A DNA stretch of 10,041 nucleotides. Origin: Simkaniaceae bacterium. GTDB lineage: Bacteria; Chlamydiota; Chlamydiia; Chlamydiales; Simkaniaceae. The position numbers and the translations under genes were made by a program. Positions 1 to 6,703 of the stretch are shown here, piece by piece. Numbering within the stretch: the stretch's first letter is position 1; each line of letters opens with the position of its first letter. The stretch spans positions 1 through 10,041 of the forward strand of contig JBFWSA010000053.1 in the NCBI GenBank assembly GCA_050248615.1. Reading direction: 5' to 3'. The notes below the pieces were generated by a model. That model made no database searches and was not told the origin of the DNA. It saw only the letters and a list, made by a program, of their open reading frames with translations.

Positions 1-113
1 TCTTCAGGCAAATCTCGGTAGATTTCGACCTGCCATGGTTCAACTTCGAGATCTGGATTTTGCTTTAGATTCATCTGAAGCAAATTATATAGTGCACGAC
101 CTTCATACGTCAT
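1..113 (-). CDS. Hypothetical protein, N-terminal part only (runs off the left edge); probably a conserved chlamydial hypothetical family
   Basis: Not in the ORF track. Manual translation from ATG at 113 gives MTYEGRALYNLLQMNLKQNPDLEVEPWQVEIYRDLPE, open to the window edge. The RALYNLL..N and VEPWQVE.YR pattern resembles, from memory only, conserved hypothetical proteins of environmental chlamydiae. Confidence 0.7.
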   Translation of the reverse strand, partial: MTYEGRALYNLLQMNLKQNPDLEVEPWQVEIYRDLPE

Positions 114-248
114 AAAAGGAAAACCCAAAAAAGTTTATGAGCTATCAATCTCCTAATTAGTAAAACCGGCGAATTATTCAAATAAAAAAATTCGCGACCC
201 ATCCATATTACCCTTGTTCAAGATATTTCGTCAAAAGATCCCTTACGC

Positions 249-254
249 TATACT
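249..254 (+). promoter_or_regulatory. Putative -10 box (TATACT), possibly driving a leaderless transcript starting at ATG 262
   Basis: TATACT at 249-254, 7 nt before ATG 262. No Shine-Dalgarno sequence in between (CATCCCC). The -35 is poor (TTTCGT at 17 nt spacing). Confidence 0.4.
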
Positions 255-261
255 CATCCCC

Positions 262-741
262 ATGAAAAAGCGCCCTTTCATTCTCGTTGAACTTCTCATC
301 TGTATTGCAATTCTCTCTATCTGTGCTATTCCTCTCTTAGGATATCCCTACTATTCTTATAAAAAACAAAGAGAACTGCTTCTTAGCATTGAAAAGCAAC
401 GCCAAGCGGAAATATTATTTTATGATCTTCTTAAGAATTTTGATGTTTCATGGGAAGAAATCAGTTTTGAATATACAAACAAAAAAGATCTAGATCCTCT
501 AACAATAAACATCAAAGGTCTGGGGCCAACCACTCTTTATCCTCATTACCATCTTTATGTACATCCCAAAGCAAAAGAGACGAAAACAAAAAAAGGAATT
601 GCAAAACTTTGGTGTTGCTTCTGTATGGAAGAAACTAAAGATAGGTGCACGATTTCATGGGCCGATCATACTCCTTATACATTTAATTTATTTGCAAAAA
701 AGGTAGAAGAAAAAGAGGCGAATGCGTCAAAAGAGAATTAA
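262..741 (+). CDS. Type II secretion pseudopilin-like protein (prepilin-type N-terminal motif)
   Basis: From ATG 262 (159 aa): basic leader MKKRP, then FILVELLICIAILSICAIPLL, i.e. Phe+1, Glu+5 and a ~20-aa hydrophobic helix typical of type IV pilin/pseudopilin N-termini. ATG 262 is preferred over TTG 214 because it gives the usual short basic leader. Confidence 0.7.
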   Translation: MKKRPFILVELLICIAILSICAIPLLGYPYYSYKKQRELLLSIEKQRQAEILFYDLLKNFDVSWEEISFEYTNKKDLDPLTINIKGLGPTTLYPHYHLYVHPKAKETKTKKGIAKLWCCFCMEETKDRCTISWADHTPYTFNLFAKKVEEKEANASKEN

Positions 742-759
742 TACTTATTAATTTTTGAT

Positions 760-2622
760 ATGCACGATCCAGTAGCCGAATTTAAACCTTTAGTTTCACC
801 TGCGGAAAACCTTAAGGAATTCTCCGTCCGCGCCATGATTTTAGGAATCTTCCTGAGCTTGCTATTTGCCGTTGGGAATGCCTATTTGGGGCTTAAAGTA
901 GGAATGACCATTTCTGCATCCATCCCGGCAGCTGTTCTATCCATGGCTATTTTGCGTCTTTTCTTTCGGAACGTCACTATTTTAGAAAACAACATTGTGC
1001 AAACGGTAGCATCCGTAGGAGAAGGGCTTGCGGCAGGAGTGATTTTTACGATTCCCGCCCTATTTTTGCTAGGAGCAGCACCTTCAGTTCCCCATGTTTT
1101 TGCCCTTTCGATGTTAGGAGGGATTTTAGGGGTTCTTTTTATGATCCCCATGCGCCGCTATATCATCGTTCAAGAACATGGGATCTTGCCGTTTCCGGAG
1201 GGAACAGCCTGCGCCGAGATTTTAAAAGCAGGAGAAAAGAGCGCTCCTAACGCACTTCTTGCTCTTTGGGGAATCGTCGTGGGAGCGCTATACAAATCTT
1301 TTAATAGTGCTCTCTACTTTTGGAATGAAACGGTATCTTTTACGATCACAAAATATGAAAAGGCTTTAGTCAGTTTAGATTGTACCCCTGCCCTACTAGG
1401 GGTGGGCTATATCATTGGCCCCAGAATTTCTGCTGTTTTATTTACCGGAAGTGCTCTGGGGTGGTGGGTCCTTATCCCCCTGATTTCGAAATTTGGAACA
1501 GCTACTCAGGCAGTCTATCCTTCTACAGTTCCCATCGATCAGATGTCTGCAACGGATATTTGGTCAAACTACATCCGCTATATCGGTGCTGGAGCCGTTG
1601 CTATTGGAGGACTGATCACCTTGTTTCGCATCGCTCCTGTTATTTGGAAAACCATTATTGAAAGCTTCAGGGAGTTATTCCACCTTCTTTCTACTAAGAA
1701 AAAAGAAAATTTGCGTACAGATAAAGATATCTCTCTATCCTTTTTATTACTTGGATCCCTTGCAATTATTTTAGCCCTTTGGCTATTTCCCGGATTCCAC
1801 CTCAATCTTGTTACCATTATCTTATTGGTCATTTTGGGATTCTTTTTCGTAGCCGTCACTTCTATCACCGTTGGACTTGTTGGAAGCTCTTCAAGCCCCG
1901 TATCAGGAATGACCATCACCACTCTTTTGATCACCTGTCTCGTTTTTTTAGGTCTAGGGTGGACCGATCGAATCCATCTCATTGCTGCAATTACCATGGG
2001 AGCTGTTGCTAACATAGCCATTGCCATGGCAAGCACCACTTCGCAAGATTTAAAAACAGGATTCTTACTAGGCGCTACTCCCCGTTCCCAACAGATTGCT
2101 GAGATTATTGGTCTCTTGCTTCCTGCTGCAGCGCTAGGATTTACTCTTTATCTTCTTAATGATGCCTATCAATTCGGAAGCACGCAACTACCCGCCCCAC
2201 AAGCAACACTCATGTCTCTTATAGCTAAAGGGGTTATCAACCAGGAGCTCCCAGTTATTTTAGTCTTGATCGGCGTAGTCTTTGGGCTTATGGTCCACCT
2301 AATGCGCGTTCCTGTCCTCCCTTTTGCAATTGGCCTTTATCTCCCTATTTCTCTTAACTCAGCGATTATGGTAGGGGGGATTGTCCATATGATTAGCGAG
2401 AAGATCACGCGTAATGAAAGAAGTATTGAGCGAGGAGTCCTCCTTTCATCCGGCCTGGTCGCAGGAGATGCCTGCATGGGTGTATTAATTGCCCTCCTTA
2501 CTGTCTTGAATATCATACCCGCAAGTAAAGCTGGCTTTCTCAATGACTGGTTTTCTATCGGAATCTTTATTCTCCTATCCCTCTGGCTCGGTTGGATAGC
2601 TATTCGTAAAGAAAAAAATTAA
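760..2622 (+). CDS. OPT family oligopeptide / metal-chelate transporter (bacterial YSL-like clade)
   Basis: 620 aa polytopic membrane protein with OPT-family motifs: YLGLKVGMTISASIPAAV, ENNIVQT, LPFPEGTACAEIL, SPVSG, QDLKTG, LPAPQA, FAIGLYLP, SGLVAGD. Confidence 0.93.
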   Translation: MHDPVAEFKPLVSPAENLKEFSVRAMILGIFLSLLFAVGNAYLGLKVGMTISASIPAAVLSMAILRLFFRNVTILENNIVQTVASVGEGLAAGVIFTIPALFLLGAAPSVPHVFALSMLGGILGVLFMIPMRRYIIVQEHGILPFPEGTACAEILKAGEKSAPNALLALWGIVVGALYKSFNSALYFWNETVSFTITKYEKALVSLDCTPALLGVGYIIGPRISAVLFTGSALGWWVLIPLISKFGTATQAVYPSTVPIDQMSATDIWSNYIRYIGAGAVAIGGLITLFRIAPVIWKTIIESFRELFHLLSTKKKENLRTDKDISLSFLLLGSLAIILALWLFPGFHLNLVTIILLVILGFFFVAVTSITVGLVGSSSSPVSGMTITTLLITCLVFLGLGWTDRIHLIAAITMGAVANIAIAMASTTSQDLKTGFLLGATPRSQQIAEIIGLLLPAAALGFTLYLLNDAYQFGSTQLPAPQATLMSLIAKGVINQELPVILVLIGVVFGLMVHLMRVPVLPFAIGLYLPISLNSAIMVGGIVHMISEKITRNERSIERGVLLSSGLVAGDACMGVLIALLTVLNIIPASKAGFLNDWFSIGIFILLSLWLGWIAIRKEKN

Positions 2623-2626
2623 TCCC

Positions 2627-2654
2627 TTCATAAAAGTACTGATTTCTTTATCAT
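2627..2654 (+). promoter_or_regulatory. Putative internal sigma70-type promoter (TTCATA-N16-TATCAT) upstream of the 2662 gene
   Basis: TTCATA at 2627-2632 and TATCAT at 2649-2654; the -10 ends 7 nt before ATG 2662. Confidence 0.35.
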
Positions 2655-2661
2655 GTAAAGG

Positions 2662-3249
2662 ATGAAACGCTCTTTTACATTAATGGAAGTCTTGATTGGC
2701 TGCGCACTCGCTGCCCTTGTTTTAGGAATGCTGTTTTCATCCCTTTATGAAACATCTCTTATTAGCTCCCGGCTAAAAAGTGCAGAGGAAGATATTTTAA
2801 GTCGCGCACAGATGCAACAACGCCTTGACAGTATTTTGGCTAGCCTTGCCCCTTCTGAAGAGAGAAAGACCTCTCTATTCCTGATTGAAGAAGAGGATAA
2901 CCCTCCTATGTTGCAGTGGGTTTATCTTTCTGGTATCGACCCTGACCCCCATTTTTCAGGAGAGGTTACTGCTTTCCTCGCATTAGAAAATACTCATTTA
3001 ATCTTGCGTGTCAAAGGAAAGACGTTTTCCCAAAAGGAGAATATCCCTGAGAGAGTCAAGACTCTTAAAAGAAATGTAAAGCGGATTGACTATGAATTTT
3101 TAAGTAAGGGAGAGGTCTTTTCAACATGGGAAAAAATACAAGCCGCTCCTCCTGATTATCTCAAACTCACCCTCACATTGGACGATAACCAAAAGGAAAG
3201 CTACGTTTTCTGGATAAACAAAAAACCCGAAGGTGTTTTGTTCTTATGA
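2662..3249 (+). CDS. Type II secretion minor pseudopilin, GspJ-like
   Basis: 195 aa. N-terminus MKRS|FTLMEVLIGCALAALVLGMLF matches the prepilin methylation motif (FTLxE plus hydrophobic helix). Size and position directly before a GspK-like gene suggest GspJ (inference). Confidence 0.75.
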   Translation: MKRSFTLMEVLIGCALAALVLGMLFSSLYETSLISSRLKSAEEDILSRAQMQQRLDSILASLAPSEERKTSLFLIEEEDNPPMLQWVYLSGIDPDPHFSGEVTAFLALENTHLILRVKGKTFSQKENIPERVKTLKRNVKRIDYEFLSKGEVFSTWEKIQAAPPDYLKLTLTLDDNQKESYVFWINKKPEGVLFL

Positions 3250-4121
3250 ATCTTCTTCCTTTTGTAATGATCATTGTTTTAATCCTTGGCATGTTTTCCC
3301 TGTCTCAGTTTCAACAGAGCATCTCATTAGAGAAAGAGAAAAACGCCTATCTTGCCTATTTTATTGGGCTTCGCGAGAGTCGAAATGATTGTGAGGATTC
3401 TGTTTATGTGAACGCGCGAAAAACCCACTCCAAAGGAAAATCTTCCCCAACAACTCCTTCAAAAACCACAAAGAACGATGATATTAAAGAGCGCCTTTTT
3501 TTTCGGGAAAGAAAAGTGGGTTGGTTAGAGGGAAGACTCCATCTCTCCTCTCTCCTTGATGAGTCTCAAAATAACGCCTCTTTAAAAACCCTCACTTTGA
3601 AATACCTCTCTGCCCTTTATGGTCACAAAAAGTTTTTCCCCAAAGACCCCAAGCCCTTTTTAGAAAGCTTGATAAAAACCCTCAAAACACAGGAAACGTT
3701 AATCCCTCTTCATGAAGTGGTCTTTGAAGATCCTCAAATGCAAGAGCTTTTTTATAAAATACTCCGTGGTACCCATACATATGACTTAGAAAAGAAAGAG
3801 GGGTATCCACCCTTTGATCATTTCTTCACCTTTGAAAAAAGCGATCACCCCCCTATGAACTTTCATGGAGCCAATAAAGTCTTTTTACAGGTCGCTCTTG
3901 GACCTAGTAAAGCTGAAGAATTGATTCTAGAAGAGAAAAAGAGGCTGATTGATACACCAAACTCTCTTAAGTCCCCACTTAGCAAAACGGATTTAGAGAA
4001 GATTTTGAGAGAAGACTTTGCTGAAAAAATCCAATGGTTTCATTTCAATCCCGGAAAGCGAGAAAAAAACCCTGAAATGCATGTAGATGAAAAAACAAAA
4101 ATCACAGTACGGATTGAGTGA
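3246..4121 (+). CDS. Hypothetical protein with N-terminal membrane anchor, probable GspK-like minor pseudopilin
   Basis: 291 aa. Single N-terminal hydrophobic helix without Glu+5, as in GspK. GRLHLSSL and PMNFHGANKVFLQVALG loosely resemble the GspK G(K/R)xNLN and INxNTA...L..L.G motifs. ATGA overlap (3246-3249) with the upstream pseudopilin. Confidence 0.5.
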   Translation: MNLLPFVMIIVLILGMFSLSQFQQSISLEKEKNAYLAYFIGLRESRNDCEDSVYVNARKTHSKGKSSPTTPSKTTKNDDIKERLFFRERKVGWLEGRLHLSSLLDESQNNASLKTLTLKYLSALYGHKKFFPKDPKPFLESLIKTLKTQETLIPLHEVVFEDPQMQELFYKILRGTHTYDLEKKEGYPPFDHFFTFEKSDHPPMNFHGANKVFLQVALGPSKAEELILEEKKRLIDTPNSLKSPLSKTDLEKILREDFAEKIQWFHFNPGKREKNPEMHVDEKTKITVRIE

Positions 4122-5286
4122 TCTTTTGAAACGTCATATGGAATTGAGTTCCTTCCCCTAAACGGGACGTGACCCGAATGTTTCCTTCATGCTTTGAAAT
4201 AATCGCTTTTACGATAGAAAGCCCGAGTCCAGCACCCCCCAATTTTCTAGAATGCGTTTTATCGACAGTATAAAACCGATCAAAAATATGCTCTAAATCG
4301 TGGGCCGCAATCCCTAAACCTTTATCTGTAATAGTTAAACAGACCTCATCTTGCGCATCTTCAATCGTCACTGTAATCCATGCTGGGGCCTCCGAGTATT
4401 TGACCCCATTTTCCAGTAAATTCATGAGGGCTAGTTCAAGAAGATCGGGATCTGCAGGAATCATAATGACTTCTTGACTTTGAAGGACTTCAACCCGCAC
4501 TTCGGGGTGGAGGGCAAGAAGGGTGTGACTACAATTATCCACTAAAGCTACCAGATCACAATCTTGAAGACGGGCAGCAGGGAGATAATCTAAATCAGCG
4601 AGTGTCAGTAAGTTTTTCACCAAGTTATCCATACGCTGACAGTTGCGAACAATTTTTTCCGTAAAATCTTGAAGCATGGCTCCAGAAATTTCTGGAAGAT
4701 CATGAATGGTTTCGGCAAACCCCTTAATAATCGTGATCGGAGTGCGGAGTTCATGAGAAGCATTAGCCACAAAATCTTTTCCAAGTTGGTGTTTTTGATA
4801 CTGTCTAAAACTATCTCTTAAGGTGACAATAAATTTTCCTGATTTTCCTAGAGGTTTCATCACCACATCACAACATTTTTTTTCTTCTCGATCTAAACAA
4901 AACGTCAGAGATTGTGAAACACCTGTTTTGCGACACCGATTCCACATTTCTTGGTGATTTTTCAGAAACTCACAGTCGCCTAATTTTTTCCCAAAAAGAT
5001 CGCTCTTACTTCCTCCTAAAATGCGAGCCGCTTTTACATTGATTGTAAGAATGAATCCCTCAGCACTCAATAAAATGACCCCTTCTTCTAAAGCATCTAA
5101 TACCTCCATCTTTTCTCTTTGTTTTCTAGGAAGTTTCCTTCTATGAATCCCCAAAACAAGGGCCGTGATCGAGAAAAGAAGTAAGAAGAGAATCCAATCC
5201 TTTGAGGCATGGAATGAAGGATGCAAAAAGCATACAAAACTTCCCAAAACCAGAGCTAAAGTAAGGAATAGATACCTTTTTTTCAT
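4102..5286 (-). CDS. Two-component sensor histidine kinase, PhoR/WalK-like (2 TM - PAS - HisKA - HATPase_c)
   Basis: H-box FVANASHELRTPIT; N-box NLLENGVKY; G1 DKGLGI; F-box IFDRFY; G2 GGAGLGLSIVK; PAS-like start LDALEEGVILLSAEGFILTINVKAARILG; two N-terminal hydrophobic segments. Confidence 0.93.
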   Translation of the reverse strand: MKKRYLFLTLALVLGSFVCFLHPSFHASKDWILFLLLFSITALVLGIHRRKLPRKQREKMEVLDALEEGVILLSAEGFILTINVKAARILGGSKSDLFGKKLGDCEFLKNHQEMWNRCRKTGVSQSLTFCLDREEKKCCDVVMKPLGKSGKFIVTLRDSFRQYQKHQLGKDFVANASHELRTPITIIKGFAETIHDLPEISGAMLQDFTEKIVRNCQRMDNLVKNLLTLADLDYLPAARLQDCDLVALVDNCSHTLLALHPEVRVEVLQSQEVIMIPADPDLLELALMNLLENGVKYSEAPAWITVTIEDAQDEVCLTITDKGLGIAAHDLEHIFDRFYTVDKTHSRKLGGAGLGLSIVKAIISKHEGNIRVTSRLGEGTQFHMTFQKITQSVL

Positions 5287-5292
5287 GTTACT

Positions 5293-5321
5293 AAGATAGC
5301 AGGAGAAGGGATTTACCCCAA
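5293..5321 (-). promoter_or_regulatory. Putative promoter of the kinase gene (TTGGGG-N17-TATCTT with extended -10 TGn)
   Basis: Minus strand reads TTGGGG (5321-5316), a 17-nt spacer ending in TGC, TATCTT (5298-5293), 6 nt, then ATG 5286. Confidence 0.45.
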
Positions 5322-5335
5322 CTCTCTAACTCGGC

Positions 5336-5376
5336 AAAATTATACTAAAACAACTTCAAAAGTTGGTTTAGTATAA
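5336..5376 (-). terminator. Long inverted repeat over the stop codon of the 5368-5967 gene; candidate intrinsic terminator
   Basis: TTATACTAAAACAACTT-CAA-AAGTTGGTTTAGTATAA (5340-5376): 16 of 17 stem positions pair, 3-nt loop. Followed on the minus strand by UUUU (5339-5336). Confidence 0.6.
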
Positions 5377-5967
5377 CTCGATCACCGCTCTTCTAAAAAG
5401 GGCTCGTTGAAATGCAGGTTCTCGAAAGATAAGCGTTCCAAGAGAAACAACGATTACAGAAGCAATATGCATCCATTTATAGGTAGTGTCCCTCGTGAAC
5501 TTTCTGTCTAAATCATCTTCACTCCGAGCGGCAAGCGCTTCTGCACTGAGGTGTGAGAGGACAAGAGCAGTGATCCACGGATAGGCCGACTGCATGACGC
5601 TCAGTTGGCTCTTGGTTGTATCGGAAGCATATCTAGACGCAAAGGCGCAAAGGCTACCGGCAACGATCCCTCCAAGGATTGTTTCAGCTTTTAATCTCGT
5701 CCCCAAAATACATAGATAGTTATTGTCTGAACGAATGGCTACGTTTCTCTCTCTTTCCTCTTTCGTAAGAAGTCTGTATTGATTTGCATCAAACGATCTT
5801 AAATCATTGATACAAAACGAAGCATAGGATGAAAGCGTTGTCATTCCAATGATTTTGATACTTTCATAGCGCGAAAAAAGACCTGCTGTAGCCAAAATAA
5901 GGGCAACAGATCCAACATAAATAGAAAGCTGATGATTCGGGTTAATCAATGCCAGATCAGTACTCAT
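5368..5967 (-). CDS. Hypothetical membrane protein
   Basis: 199-aa ORF with GGAGG Shine-Dalgarno (5976-5972) before the ATG and about 4-5 moderately hydrophobic segments. It fills the gap between neighbouring genes. No catalytic motif recognised. Confidence 0.8.
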   Translation of the reverse strand: MSTDLALINPNHQLSIYVGSVALILATAGLFSRYESIKIIGMTTLSSYASFCINDLRSFDANQYRLLTKEERERNVAIRSDNNYLCILGTRLKAETILGGIVAGSLCAFASRYASDTTKSQLSVMQSAYPWITALVLSHLSAEALAARSEDDLDRKFTRDTTYKWMHIASVIVVSLGTLIFREPAFQRALFRRAVIELY

Positions 5968-5971
5968 AATT

Positions 5972-6023
5972 CCTCCACTTTATAAGCTAGATAATTTTAT
6001 TATAAAAAATCATTAATATTCAA
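5972..6023 (-). promoter_or_regulatory. Putative promoter and RBS of the 5368-5967 gene
   Basis: Minus strand: TTGAAT (6023-6018), 18 nt, TAAAAT (5999-5994); an overlapping TATAAT at 6004-5999; GGAGG at 5976-5972. The region is very AT-rich, so chance matches are possible. Confidence 0.45.
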
Positions 6024-6029
6024 TATTTT

Positions 6030-6323
6030 TTATTCTAATTCGGCATTAAAAGAATAAAGATGCCCCTCTCCCATAACCTCTTTAATTTTTTTTGCCGCTT
6101 CTTCTGCCTTCTCAGGAGTATCAAAAAATTCTATAACGAGAGGAAGGTTCAAAGAAAGACTTAAGAACTCCGAGGTATGGACAGTCCCCCCCTTTTCAAA
6201 TCCTTCTATCCCCCGAAAAACGGTGACATGTTGGATTTTTACATCATTGTGGAGCACTTTTAGTGCTTTATTTAAATGGTGCTCTGATTCCATCAGATGC
6301 ACTCTTACAACCTTGATTTTCAT
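6030..6323 (-). CDS. DUF190 family protein (PII/GlnB-like superfamily)
   Basis: 97 aa with the family motifs VTVFRGIEGF and LSLNLPLVIEFFD; immediately downstream of crcB, the usual context for DUF190. Confidence 0.88.
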   Translation of the reverse strand: MKIKVVRVHLMESEHHLNKALKVLHNDVKIQHVTVFRGIEGFEKGGTVHTSEFLSLSLNLPLVIEFFDTPEKAEEAAKKIKEVMGEGHLYSFNAELE

Positions 6324-6703
6324 GATGTTATCCTTTTTGCGATGACCATTCCTCCCCAGGTGGCAATGAGGCTAAGTCCCACGGAGAGGGAAATGTAAAG
6401 AATGGTTTTAAAAACTTCTCCCCTTCTCCAAAGCTCAAGAGTCTCAAGAGAAAATGTGGAAAAGGTCGTAAATCCCCCTAAAAGTCCAATAAGTAATAGG
6501 GCTCTTAGTTCTTCACCTAGATGAGCAACACGTTCAAAAATAAGGACACTTAGGAGGCCAATAAAAAAAGCCCCCGTCACATTGACAATAAGTGTGCCAT
6601 AGGGAAAAGCAAAACCTAATATTCCTTGAGAGAATCGGGAAACGAGAAAGCGAAAAATGGCCCCCACTCCTCCCCCAATTCCTATAAGCACGATTTCTTT
6701 CAT
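6320..6703 (-). CDS. crcB: Fluoride efflux channel Fluc/CrcB
   Basis: 127 aa with four hydrophobic segments; motifs GGGVGAIFRF, FPYGTLIVNVTG and GLLGGFTTFSTFSLE (G.TTFS signature). Confidence 0.97.
   Translation of the reverse strand: MKEIVLIGIGGGVGAIFRFLVSRFSQGILGFAFPYGTLIVNVTGAFFIGLLSVLIFERVAHLGEELRALLLIGLLGGFTTFSTFSLETLELWRRGEVFKTILYISLSVGLSLIATWGGMVIAKRITS

Noticed and set aside
214..261. TTG-initiated 16-aa N-terminal extension of the first ORF
   Set aside because: ATG 262 yields a typical short basic prepilin leader, and the extension contains the likely -10 box.
742..759. TAATTT as a -10 box before the OPT start
   Set aside because: Only 5 nt from the ATG in an 18-nt almost pure A/T spacer; indistinguishable from chance.
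882..2543. ORFs 882-1151(-), 1380-1661(+), 1578-2039(-), 1779-2012(+) and 2337-2543(-)
   Set aside because: All lie inside the well-supported OPT gene and have no recognisable motifs; typical shadow frames of a hydrophobic-protein gene.
6015..6027. AATATT-C-AATATT duplicated palindrome
   Set aside because: Low-complexity AT-rich intergenic DNA; not significant alone.
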